A stretch of DNA of 64,000 nucleotides from Eledone cirrhosa (GCA_964016885.1 OZ024740.1:59148001-59212000); one strand, 5' to 3'; counted from the first letter of the stretch, positions 1 to 12,898 are shown. Translations and numbers: made by a program. The notes: generated by a model from the sequence alone, not told the origin.

Positions 1-336
1 GCTGTTTGTATGCATGCATCATACAGTCTGCCTTTCATCTTGAGGAAAAAACCTTTTGCAGCTAGCAGTGGCAGTAACAACCTGAACTTCATCCATCCCG
101 TTCCTACCCTGGTTACTGTACTTTCTGAACACCCACCTCCACTGCTAATTTGGTCACTTAGGTAGCAGAAGCTGTCTACTGTTTCTACAGAGTTTGGTAA
201 TGCTTGCTTCCTGTGGCTGTTTGCTGCTTACTGTCCAGGGGAAGCTGCTACATGTAAAGCCTACATTCCTAACTAAGCTTCTTAAGATCCCACTACATCT
301 CTTGTGTACCCATAGATTGAATTTGGGGCAAAGAAT

Positions 337-340
<4 letters not shown>
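1..340 (-). mobile_element. RTE-clade LINE fragment (PHD finger to RT thumb region)
   Basis: Antisense of the ILCPKF..VHKRC..SFCYLSDQISSGGGCSES..LYDAC segment found in the longer RTE copies; ends at a (TA)n tract. Confidence 0.85.
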
Positions 341-412
<72 letters not shown>

Positions 413-580
413 GTGTGTGTGTGTGTCGGATGGTAGCTAAGATGCTTCCATAGGCGGTATGCCGGTTGAGCATTCTATGCTCTTACAGAGCAGAGTATGA
501 TAAAATGAAACAATTGTAACACACAATAAATTGAGTTCAGATGCATCACTGATTTTACGATTTATATTATATATATATAT

Positions 581-728
581 TTGGTGTTAGGAAGGGCATC
601 CAGCCATAGAAAACCTGCCAGACAGTCCTATACGAGCGAGACGACCAATCTTGCCTTAAGTGGGACAATTCCCGTCTAAACCCATGCTAGTGAGGAAGAT
701 AGACGTTAAACGTTGATGATGATGATGA
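581..728 (+). mobile_element. RTE-type 3' tail fragment ending in (GAT)n
   Basis: ggtgttaggaagggcatccagc motif, aacccatgctag...gacgttaaacg and a (GAT)n tail, as at 46620-46779. Confidence 0.75.
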
Positions 729-748
729 TATATATATATATATATATA

Positions 749-774
749 GCTCTGCCGTCGGGGTTAAACATTTT

Positions 775-846
<72 letters not shown>

Positions 847-901
847 AAAATGTTTAACCCCGACGACAGAGCTCAAGCCGTTTCGACAGCTATTTCTGGA
901 C
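749..901. repeat. Inverted repeat (749-778 / 843-872) around (TA)n; pLTR-like fragment with a hammerhead 3' half
   Basis: gctctgccgtcggggttaaacattttccta pairs with taggaaaatgtttaaccccgacgacagagc; related to the palindromes at 57449 and 60209. Confidence 0.7.
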
Positions 902-919
902 TATATATATGATATATAT

Positions 920-1065
920 ATCATCATCACCGTTTTATGTCTGTTCTTCCACGCTAGCATGGGTTAGATGGGTTGTCCTGTTTTGTGCAGTGTCCGGTCA
1001 GCTGACCTTGTCTTGCTCATACGGGAACTGATTCTGGCTGGATTTCTACAGCTGGATGCACTTCC
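920..1065 (-). mobile_element. RTE-type 3' tail fragment
   Basis: (CAT)n followed by ccacgctagcatgggttaga...ctacagctggatgc, matching the reverse complement of RTE 3' UTRs. Confidence 0.75.
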
Positions 1066-1199
1066 TATCATTCAAAACGGCTTGAGCTCTGGAAAAATTT
1101 TCCTATATATATATATATATCATATATACATCTTATATATATCATATATATATCATTTATATATATTATATGTATATATCATATATATATCATATACAT

Positions 1200-1235
<36 letters not shown>

Positions 1236-1355
1236 TATAGACATAGAATATTCGAAAATATTCTGTATGTTTATAATAAACATTTTGAAGACCTAATCGC
1301 TATAGAATAGAATACGTCACGTATTACAATTAGATTCTCGATAAAAGCAAGGGAA

Positions 1356-1398
1356 GTAATCTACGCGTTTCATTCTCGTAAGAAATCATCAGGACTAC
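1356..1398 (-). ncRNA. Type I hammerhead ribozyme (unit 1)
   Basis: Minus strand GUAGUC CUGAUGA UUUCU uacg AGAAU GAAA CGCG UA GAUUAC: 6-bp stem I, intact core, palindromic stem III, GUA site. Confidence 0.85.
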
Positions 1399-1665
1399 AT
1401 ATCCAGTGCTTTTATCGAGAATGACACAGCTAGAGACTTATAGAATACTTAGCTGTGTACAGGAACTGGTTTGAAAGAGCGGTTGCCGGTCCGGCAGAAA
1501 TTAGAAATTGGAATAAATGCTCTGAAATAGCGATATATATGTGAATATAGACATAGAATATTCGAAAATATTCTGTATGTTTATAATAAACATTTTGAAG
1601 ACCTAATCGCTATAGAATAGAATACGTCACGTATTACAATTAGATTCTCGATAAAAGCAAGGGAA

Positions 1666-1708
1666 GTAATCTACGCGTTTCATTCTCGTAAGAAATCATC
1701 AGGACTAC
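1666..1708 (-). ncRNA. Type I hammerhead ribozyme (unit 2)
   Basis: Same sequence as 1356-1398, shifted by 310 bp. Confidence 0.85.
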
Positions 1709-1975
1709 ATATCCAGTGCTTTTATCGAGAATGACACAGCTAGAGACTTATAGAATACTTAGCTGTGTACAGGAACTGGTTTGAAAGAGCGGTTGCCGGT
1801 CCGGCAGAAATTAGAAATTGGAATAAATGCTCTGAAATAGCGATATATATGTGAATATAGACATAGAATATTCGAAAATATTCTGTATGTTTATAATAAA
1901 CATTTTGAAGACCTAATCGCTATAGAATAGAATACGTCACGTATTACAATTAGATTCTCGATAAAAGCAAGGGAA

Positions 1976-2018
1976 GTAATCTACGCGTTTCATTCTCGTA
2001 AGAAATCATCAGGACTAC
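1976..2018 (-). ncRNA. Type I hammerhead ribozyme (unit 3)
   Basis: Same sequence as 1356-1398, shifted by 620 bp. Confidence 0.85.
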
Positions 2019-2409
2019 ATATCCAGTGCTTTTATCGAGAATGACACAGCTAGAGACTTATAGAATACTTAGCTGTGTACAGGAACTGGTTTGAAAGAGC
2101 GGTTGCCGGTCCGGCAGAAATTAGAAATTGGAATAAATGCTCTGAAATAGCGATATATATGTGAATATAGACATAGAATATTCGAAAATATATATATATA
2201 TGTATATCATATATATATATTTTGTTAACAGACTTTTAAATCTGATTTCATATCTTTTATCTAGAACATCTCTATCTGACGAACGATCCACGCGTATATT
2301 ATTATCGTCTGTGATCCAGAAGCCTTTGGTAGTTATATTTTGTGTTGTTCACTTTCTAATTATATATATATATATATCACATATATATATCATATGTATA
2401 TAAATATCT

Positions 2410-2452
<43 letters not shown>

Positions 2453-2462
2453 AATATATATA

Positions 2463-2547
<85 letters not shown>

Positions 2548-2602
2548 ATATTTATATCTTATATATATATGATATATATATATCATCGGAATAACTGGTC
2601 AG

Positions 2603-2707
2603 TTATTCCGATGATTTGATTAGGCATACACTGTATTTAAGATTGAGTGACACAACTTCAAGTGATTAGCAATCTTTAGACATCCTAATCAATGACACTG
2701 TAAATAA
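2603..2707 (+). ncRNA. Hammerhead-like motif, variant or degenerate core, long stem II
   Basis: UUAUU CCGAUGA U UUGAUUAGG...CCUAAUCAA U GACA CUG UA AAUAA. Confidence 0.55.
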
Positions 2708-2748
2708 AAACCGTTTTGTTATTCTTCACTCTTATGTATATATATATA

Positions 2749-5736
2749 TCTTATATATAAAGTGAAGTCGGGCGTTGTTTGTTTGTTTGATGTCCCTAAC
2801 TTGCATGCTACACCTTTCATTCGATTTTCATGAAACTTGACACATATATAAAACTCGACCCGTAGATTGGAATAGGCTACTTTATAATCGGGCTCCCAGA
2901 AGCCAAAAATCGATATTTTCAAAAATCGTACGATTTCGATGAAACTCGACGCAAGTGTGTATTTTGATCCGGGGATGAACATGGGCTACATTAAATTTTC
3001 GAAAAAAATCGATAATTGGATCACCAGAGGCAAAAATCGATATTTACGAAATTTGTCCGATTCCAATGATATTTGACGTAGGTAAGTATTTTGGTGCGGG
3101 AATCAACGTGGGGTACTTGAAAGTTTTAAAAAAATCGATAATCGGACCCCCACAGGCAAAAATCTGGCAACCGAAAAACGCCATTCTTCTTGCTTCCATT
3201 TGTCGCGACTCCCGCCATGCAAAAGACGTTCAATCTATCAGGATTATCCACCGTAAGTCTCTTTAAATTAACGCTCACCATATTCAGCAAACTTTTTATG
3301 CCGATTCTTCCATTTCTTATATAAGGACTATCAAGACTATACCGCTGCGCATCATCCTGTATTGCGCCCAGTCTTCTCAAGCGATCATCGAGCCTCCATG
3401 CGCTCTCTTCATTCCCGTGGTCCCACAACCGTAGCGTAATGAGGCATCCGTCAACCCCTTCCCTCTCCTTTCCCTGCACGCCCTGTCAGCCACCATCCAC
3501 TCCCCAACCCTTTCCACTGCCTAGGCATGGAAGTCTTGAGAGACCAAGTCGCATCCCTGCCACCGTCAACTCCTGTCCTCTCCGTTCCCTGCACGCCGTC
3601 GTCCCACTGCATTGTCATGCATCACCATGCTACATCAATGCTCTGTCAGCCACCATCTCTTCCTCGGCCCTTTCTTTTGCCTGACTGCTGTGCTCCTTCA
3701 AGACTCCCATGGCAATCTATGCCACATCAATTCCTTGCCACCCACTTAAATGTCATCAGCATGGCTTGTTGTTGCCCCATTTAACCACCGATTTTCGCAT
3801 GCTAAACACAATACAAACGTGCACGATAGTCCATGGTAAATCATTTTAATTACATGTTCATCATGCTAAGCAAAGGATGAATAGCAACTCTTTCATTTCT
3901 CCTGACATGCCTTTCTGTCAATTATGGCCGAGAAGCATCCTGTGTAGCATCGCGTCTTCTCAAGCGATCAGCGTGCCTTCCACTGTCCTCATAATTGACT
4001 CACAACGCCGCATCTATTCCCTGCGACGCCTCTAAACATCATCAGCATGGCTTATTTTTCTGCCGCGTTTAACCGGTCCTCATTCTAGGCCATAAACAAC
4101 AAAACCGCACGATGATGCTGCGTAAGTCTATTTAAATTAATGGTCAACATGTTCAGTAAAACAATTGTACCAATTCTTCCTCTTCACCTCCAAGGCATCT
4201 TAGAGGTCGGGATTCGCAATTTCTACGATTTCAATATTGACACAACAGTCCGTCAGGTTTTTCGGCACATGTTGCTGGAATATCAACGTGATAGGAATAT
4301 CAACGTGATTTTCACTTAATTTGTAAGTGTTCAGTCCTCCGTATGCTTTTATATTTTATTGATATAACACCGACTACAATCATCTAACTTCACTTTGCAG
4401 GCTTGATGCGAATCACAAGGAAAACAATCCTTTGAAATACAACCCCATCAAATTCTTTGGTCTACCTAGATTTCAATGGCTATATCCTTTGCTTTTGTAC
4501 GGTTGTACATTTGACAATGTCGCAAAACATTATTCCACTTGATTCTTACCTTTCAGTTATGAATTGGGCAGTGCCTTAAAATCCCGGTTTATTTGCGTGC
4601 AATTTTTTTGGTATCTTATGAATGGAGAATCGAAACCCTTTTTCTCATAACCTGACACATGCGTTACACATGCTCCATGGATGTTTGTGGACTATTTTTT
4701 TCAAAATACCAATATCACAGATTGGAGCACAAAAAGAAACGTTTGTTCTTCATTTATTTCGGTTAAAGCATCCTGCTGGAATTTAGCGCAGACCCGTTTA
4801 AATCCAGCGCCTTATAACACCGAGTGTAACCGGGTACACCAGCTAGAAAGACAAATGGAAACATTGTTTCCTCGGTCCTATTTGACGAAAGTCGATTTAG
4901 TTCCACAACAAATTAACAAACCATACTTGAAGACACGTTGAGGCTGTTGCAAAGGGCAATAACCCTAGACACAATTTTGATCAACTTTTTTTCACCTATA
5001 CCAAATTTACGGGGACAGGATTTCAGCTACTCAAATCTACTTCAGAGGTCACGCATTCATGTAAAAAATCAATAAAACTGAAGCTGGCGTTCGACTTTGC
5101 GCAAAAAACATGGGAAAACTTTCTACAGGAACGTCCGATTTTCTTGAAAACTGTCGCAAAAGACTCGCCATTATGCCGCGGTTCAGATAAAGTCCCTTTT
5201 ATTTTTTCTTCTGCACATGTGAGCGCAAAAATTATAAAATAAAAAAAAAAATACTGTGAAAAAATCGACTTTTTCACCCTGCTTTAAAAATCAACTGAAA
5301 ATTCAATTTCAAGTGAATTTGACTTCCGTCAGTCGTGCAAAGAACAATTTCAACGATACACTGTGAACCTACAATTGATCCATTATTTATACTCACGGTG
5401 GATTGGCAGTATTGGTAGAGGGTCGGACGCCATGCTTTCCAGCATAGTTATGTCCCTTTACGATCTGAGTTCAAATCCCGCCGAGGTTGACTTTGCCTTT
5501 CATCCTTACGGGGTAGATAAAATAAAGTACCAGTAATGCACTGGATAATTGCTGGCCTTGTGCCTAAAGTAGAAACAATTATTTATACTCAATTACACAC
5601 ATGCGTCTACTAACCTCTGTTTTTTTCCTTGAAGTTCGAAGGTTTTTGCACCTGTGATGCGCGGGAAGTAACTTTCACACATTTTAACAACAGAGCAAAG
5701 GTCGACTTACCCGGCAACGCCGGTTACTTCTGGTAG

Positions 5737-5737
<1 letters not shown>
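2749..5737 (+). mobile_element. Non-autonomous Helitron-like element, possibly composite with two 3' termini
   Basis: 5' TC + ttatatataaagtg...(tttg)n...cgattttcatgaaactt; hairpin+CTAG end at ~4820-4846; second end ccggcaacgccgg-ttacttctggtag at ~5711-5736. Confidence 0.6.
5397..5580 (+). mobile_element. tRNA-derived SINE family 1
   Basis: A box tggcagtattgg, B box gagttcaaatcc, body gactttgcctttcatccttacgggg...aaagtaccagt; three more near-full copies in the window. Confidence 0.85.
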
Positions 5738-5773
<36 letters not shown>

Positions 5774-5802
5774 ATCATATATATATATAAATATATATAG
5801 GC

Positions 5803-5935
5803 GAGAAAAACCACAAAACCTCCATTTCAATTCTACTTTCGAAAAGCACAAGAACTGCGAAACCGGTAAAAGAACCAAATAAATATATTTTTTTTAAAAA
5901 GACTCCAGTTGCATTTTCGATTTCATCTTTTTTCC
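5803..5935 (+). mobile_element. Short repeat with a hammerhead-like motif at 5835-5872; paralogue of 59333-59540
   Basis: UCGAAAA GCA..UGC GAAA CCGG UA AAAG; aligns with the 59333 copy. Confidence 0.6.
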
Positions 5936-5987
5936 TCATATATATATATATATTATATATATATATATACATATATATATACTTATG

Positions 5988-6022
<35 letters not shown>

Positions 6023-6147
6023 ATATATCATCATCTTCATCGTTTTACGCCCGTTCTTCCACGCTAGCATGGGTTAGACGGGTTGTCCTGTTGTGGGCAG
6101 TGTTCAGCGAGAATCGCATTTTGGCGGGTAGGAAAAGCGAAACGCAA

Positions 6148-7700
<1,553 letters not shown>

Positions 7701-7879
7701 ACACAATAAATCTTCTTTACCCTAAGGTGCTTCAAGATTGACAGATTTTCCTTTCTATATTCTATTATCATTACAATTTTGATATTTTTTTTATAAAATA
7801 TAGATATTTTGCAATAATTATGAGAAAAAAAAACATCTTCATATTTATTGTTTACTAATCTGGATAGGAAAAGCAGTAA

Positions 7880-7908
7880 ACTGGGCAACACCGGGTAATT
7901 CAGATAGT
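7880..7908 (+). mobile_element. Helitron-like 3' terminus
   Basis: ctgggcaacaccgggtaattcagatagt resembles the hairpin+CTAG ends at 4820 and 5711. Confidence 0.5.
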
Positions 7909-7995
7909 ATGATATATATATATATATAGTGGTAGAACACTGGAAAGTAATATCCGTATTGGTAGAGCACTCAGTCCATGGGACGAGTTAGGTAG

Positions 7996-8222
<227 letters not shown>

Positions 8223-8370
8223 ATATATATATATATACACAGAGATATCCACGGTAAATTGTGGGGTCTAGTCTGCATGAAGAACTCAATGTAATCCATA
8301 TGTTGAAAATGTTGTAGGTTAAAATAAATTCCGGACAACAATAAAACATTAAAAGGAAAACAGAGTCATG

Positions 8371-8702
8371 ATATAAGTTAAGACAGTGAAATAAAAAATC
8401 AAGTCATTAGAAATATACTTCACTGTTTTACGATCGTTTCTAGGTGATGATAATACATCGTAACTATACTTCGATATCGATCTATGTAAGGTTAGTTACA
8501 AAATATCAGATAAAGAGAATATTTACTTAATAGGATATCACCAGCTGTTTTCAAAAGCAAATATCTTTATCTGATATTTTGTAACTAACCTTACATAGAT
8601 CGATATCGAAGTATAGTTACGATGTATTATCATCACCTAGAAACGATCGTAAAACAGTGAAGTATATTTCTAATGATTTGACTTTTTATTTCATTGTTTT
8701 AA

Positions 8703-8709
<7 letters not shown>
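8371..8709. repeat. Inverted repeat, ~146-bp arms (8371-8516 / 8564-8709); inverted pLTR-like
   Basis: Arms are near-perfect reverse complements. Confidence 0.9.
8423..8560 (-). ncRNA. Hammerhead, U3-A8 core variant, long stem II with C.C mismatch
   Basis: UUGCUU UUGAAAA CAG C UGGUGAUA...UAUCAUCA C CUA GAAA CGAUCG UA AAACAG. Confidence 0.65.
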
Positions 8710-8791
<82 letters not shown>

Positions 8792-8956
8792 AAAGGTTAA
8801 ACAAGGTTCAATGAATAAATCAAAGAATAAAGTTTTACAATAGATTAAAAGCACTCCACAAGAATGGTTTTCCGGAGTTATTAATATTAATTCAAAATAT
8901 TAACAAAAATTGAATTTTAACCATCTACTTAGTCAGGGTATGTCATGCATCATCTT

Positions 8957-9020
8957 ATTTTATCTGATGAGGACGTATGTTGAAGATAGCTCAGTACCTC
9001 TGAAATATGTATAATAAAAT
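8957..9020 (+). ncRNA. Type I hammerhead with extended stem II
   Basis: AUUUUAU CUGAUGA GGA C GUA...UAC C UCU GAAA UAUGUA UA AUAAAAU; paralogue at 31186. Confidence 0.8.
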
Positions 9021-9071
9021 ATACTTGATCACACGAATGTCTATTTTTGTTAATATTTTGAATTAATATAT

Positions 9072-9321
9072 ATAGTTATGTAATAAACAACATAAGGCAA
9101 TTATTTCAATTACCAATGGTTTCTTAAAAGCAAACAAATTTTGCTTTCAATCATCAGAATGAAAAAATCCTGGTGTATTTATTGACATTGGATTTTAAAA
9201 ACCAATGCCAATAAATACACCAGGGATTTTTCATTCAGATGATTGAAAGCAAAATTTGTTTGCTTTTAAGAAACCACTGGTAAATGAAATAGTTGCCTTA
9301 TGTTGTTTATTACATAACTAT
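9072..9321. repeat. 250-bp palindrome with one hammerhead per arm (9104-9164 minus, 9229-9289 plus)
   Basis: UUUCAUU C(U/A)GAUGA UUGAAAGCAAA..UUUGCUUUUAA GAAA CCA(C/U)UGG UA A(A/U)UGAAA in both arms. Confidence 0.85.
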
Positions 9322-9382
9322 TAAGCTCTGTTACCTACATAGAGCACTCTTTTTTCATGGACTTTTCCGACGGAATTACTTC

Positions 9383-9471
<89 letters not shown>

Positions 9472-9613
9472 GATTTTGAGTTTATGTTGGTTGTATACCA
9501 ACACCTCAGTATGCAGTGAAATAACAACCCAACAAGGAACTGGGCATATCAGAGTATTGACAATATTATACACCTAAACAACATATGTACTTGTCTATAC
9601 CATACTAATTCAA

Positions 9614-9668
9614 ACTGCCTGAAGAGGTCACAGCCAAAGATGGCTGTCACTGAAATATATATAGCAGT
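9614..9668 (+). ncRNA. Type I hammerhead with extended stem II
   Basis: ACUGC CUGAAGA GGU C ACAGCCA aaga UGGCUGU C ACU GAAA UAUAUA UA GCAGU, immediately followed by AAUAAA. Confidence 0.88.
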
Positions 9669-9712
9669 AATAAACGAAGCTAAATTTTAATCATTTGACT
9701 TTTATTTAACTC

Positions 9713-9769
<57 letters not shown>

Positions 9770-9773
<4 letters not shown>

Positions 9774-10928
9774 CAGGGACTAGAAAGAAAGGGTCTCAAA
9801 GTCAACATGACAAAGACTAAGGTCCTTGTAAGTAGACGAGAAAACAGAACCCAGATCCCCTCAGGGAAATGGCCTTGCTCAGTATGTAGGAAAGGTGTAG
9901 GTAGGAACTCCATTCTCTGCCCCAAATGCAAACAATGGGTACACAAGAGATGTAGCGGGATCTCAGGAAGCTTAATTAAGAATGTAAGCTTCACATGCAG
10001 AAGCTGTGCTGGGACAGCAAGCAGCAAACAGCCACAGGAAACAAGTACCACCAATCTCTGGGAGGGCTCTGTAGAAACAGTAGACAGCTTCTGCTACCTA
10101 GGTGACCGAATTAGCAGCGGAGGTGGGTGTTCAGAAAGTACAATAACTAGGCTAAGAACGGGATGGAAGAAGTTCAGGGAACTATTGCCGCTGCTAGCTG
10201 CAAAAGGCTTCTCCCTCAAAATGAAAGGCAGACTGTATGATGCGTGTATCCGAACAGCAACGTTACATGGTAGTGAGACCTGGGCGCTGAAGGTGGAAGA
10301 CTTACGTAGATTAGAAAGAAACGAAGCCTGCATGCTCCGATGAATGTGTAAAATTAATATACGTGAACGGCCAAGCATAAATGAATTGAGAGAGAGACTG
10401 AGCCTAAGGGGAATCAAATGCTGTGTGCAGGAGAGGCAGTTGCGTTGGTATGGACATGTGATGCGTGTGAAGGATGACAGCTGCATAAAAAGGTGCAGAG
10501 CACGAGAAGTCAATGGAAACCGCGGAGTGGGGAGACCCAAGAAGACCTGGGATGAGGTGATAAAAGCCGACCTTACCCAAATACACCTCTCAAAGTCGAT
10601 GACACACGACCATGACCTCTGGCGTTACGCAGTAATACAGAGTACCTGACCTCCCATGGGTACAAGCCGAAGCTGAAGCATATAGACAATACGCCCCCAC
10701 ACCCTCCCACTGCAAAGTGGTCGTGGAGGTGCCACGGCAAAAAAGCACCCAGCCCACACTGTAAAGTGGACGTGTAGGCGCCACGGAAAAAGCACCCAGC
10801 ACTCACTGTAAATGAGGTTGGTGTTAGGAAGGGCATCCAGCAGTAGAAATCAAGCCAAAGTCAGTTCCTGTATGACAACCCGTCTAACCCATGCTAGCAT
10901 GGAAGAACGGACGTAAAACGGTGATGAT

Positions 10929-10930
<2 letters not shown>
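9770..10930 (+). mobile_element. 5'-truncated RTE LINE (subfamily A)
   Basis: ORFs 9807-10343 and 10344-10649 (PHD finger, SFCYLG, LRWYGHV, GRPKKTW) split by a stop; (GAT)n tail. Confidence 0.92.
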
Positions 10931-10965
<35 letters not shown>

Positions 10966-10974
10966 GCACATGAT

Positions 10975-11312
10975 GGAGGCCCATGACTTAGTGGTTAGAG
11001 CATTGGCCTTGCAATCGAAAGGTTGTGAGTTTAATTCCCAGACCGGGTGATGTGTTGTTTCCTTGAGCAAGACACTTTATTTCACATTGCTCCAGTTTAC
11101 TCAGCTTTAGAAATGAGATGATAGGGGCTGGGGTCAATATCATTCCACTGCAAAGTGGTCGTGAGGGTGCCAGGGCAAAAAATCACCCAGCACTCATAGT
11201 AAATGAGGTTGGTGTTAGGAAGGGTATCCAGCTGTAGAAATCAAGACAGAATCAATTCCCGTCCCACCCTTACAAGCAGGGAAAAGCGGATGTAAAATGA
11301 TGATGATGATGA
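10975..11312 (+). mobile_element. tRNA-derived SINE family 2 with RTE-derived body and tail
   Basis: A/B-box-like head, ccttgagcaagacactttatttcac core, ggtgttaggaaggg motif, (GAT)n tail. Confidence 0.85.
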
Positions 11313-11354
11313 TATATATATAAGTGTTTTATAGCTTACTTTCAGCAATTTTTA

Positions 11355-11918
11355 ATGGGAAGTACTATTAAAATGTCTTACTCTACGACTCCTAACCTTG
11401 CACATAACATCACAGCTTCAAATTTAGCTAAACTACCTAGCCGTAGGAACACGTGCAACCCTGTAGTTAGTACTTACTGTAATTGTAGGAATCGGGCTGA
11501 TTGCTCCCTATCCGGGAAATGCCTCTCTAGTAACATTGTCTACAAATGTAAGGTTGTAACACCCACGTCCCGTAGGGCCTACATAGGGTTAACCGCCAAT
11601 AGATTCAAGCAGCGTCTTTACATGCATACCCATTCTTTTCGTTACCCTCTAAGAAGGAATATGACGTCACTTTCAGCTTATATCTGGAGTCTAAAAGACA
11701 ACCACACCCAATATAAGTTACACTGGGAGATCCTAGCTAGGGCTAGATCGTATAACGGAAATAAAAGACCATGTGACCTCTGCGCCGCTGAGGCCCTGGA
11801 AATACTCTACGCCACAGACCACATCTTAAACAAAAAATCTGAGGCAATTTCAGCTTGTAAACATAAATTGCACAAAACTTTCCTGTATTACAGCCCCACG
11901 TTATACCCTAACGGATAG
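11355..11918 (+). CDS. PLE GIY-YIG endonuclease domain (partial)
   Basis: CNCRNRADC linker, IVYKC...AYIGLT..FKQR, CDLC..E, LNKKSE. Confidence 0.85.
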   Translation: MGSTIKMSYSTTPNLAHNITASNLAKLPSRRNTCNPVVSTYCNCRNRADCSLSGKCLSSNIVYKCKVVTPTSRRAYIGLTANRFKQRLYMHTHSFRYPLRRNMTSLSAYIWSLKDNHTQYKLHWEILARARSYNGNKRPCDLCAAEALEILYATDHILNKKSEAISACKHKLHKTFLYYSPTLYPNG

Positions 11919-12847
11919 TACGATCTATACGTGGATATTTTACGTCTTGATGTGGGTGCTAAGTATATGTTTTGTTTATACCATTACTTATTGCATAGGT
12001 AAGTATATATTACCCGTGGGTTTTGTGAAGGTACGTATACCTTCTCGTACGTATATTTGATTGTTTATGTTATGGTGTATACTTTTTTATATATTCTGGT
12101 ACATATGGTTTGGCTTTGTGTATACGGGAGTTTTGCATCTGTGTGAGTATGCTGGTTCGTACGTATGTAGGGTGTGTGTATATTGTACTTCATGTTTTGG
12201 TTGACTTACGTCTCTGAACATTCGTGTATTTACATGTAGGTATGTGTGTGCGCTTCTTATATACGTATTTATTTATTTATATACGTTTATATAATTATTT
12301 GTATACACGCATACAGCATACACATATTTATATGTGCGTGGTTTTGTATACCTATGGTAAGTGTTTTGCGTATGCTCGTGTATGTACGTATTTGTTTGCG
12401 TGTATGTATTTATTTATTTCTATTACTTCTGTATTGTATTTATTTACTTTGTTCTTAACTCTGTAGCGGAGATTCATTCGGTCTCCTAGTTAGAATTTTA
12501 GTCTACGACTTCTGCTATGCCATTTACGTGGTTTTGTCTTTGCGTGCTATTGTTCTCCACGCTCCACATATGACGTATTAACTTCGTTATTTTCGCTCAT
12601 TACCAGAGAATGTCTCTATGAACCACCTAAGAGAACATTAGTCTACGACCTCTTTTATACCATAAACGTGGTTCTGTCTTTCGGCGTAATTGTTTTTCAC
12701 AGCTCCTATTAATGACGTATTATATTCGTTTTTTTCCCGTTCTTTGCCAGCGAACGTTCCCGCGAACCAAAGTATCGTCTTCCTGTCTTCCTCCGGTTGC
12801 AACGTTTTTTGAAATATCCACTTCTGCGTTTACAGATTGACTTTGTT

Positions 12848-12898
12848 AGTTTCAGAAGATCCCGTTAAGGGTGAAAGCAGCGATTCTTTGCTTAAACT
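12848..12898 (+). ncRNA. Hammerhead-like motif with CAGAAGA (A4) core
   Basis: AGUUU CAGAAGA U CCC guuaa GGG U GAAA GCAG..UUGC UU AAACU; copies at 19284-19334 (-) and 19602-19652 (+). Confidence 0.6.

Larger units (their letters stand above)
1233..2190 (-). repeat. Tandem array of 3.1 x 310-bp units, each with a hammerhead ribozyme (non-LTR retrozyme-like)
   Basis: Unit starts at 1233, 1543, 1853, 2163; copies look identical; flanked by (TA)n. Confidence 0.92.

Noticed and set aside
1233-2190. CRISPR array or ordinary satellite
   Set aside because: No unique spacers and a eukaryotic context; the HHR and pervasive pairing fit a retrozyme better
2276-2335. Hammerhead at CUGACGA...GAAG CCUUUGG UA
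   Set aside because: GAAA is altered and stems I and II are unconvincing; at best a decayed copy
3126-3479. Helitron Rep/helicase coding fragment
   Set aside because: No diagnostic HUH or helicase motif recognisable
5397-5480. tRNA gene
   Set aside because: A/B boxes are present but there is no cloverleaf, and it continues into a repeated SINE body
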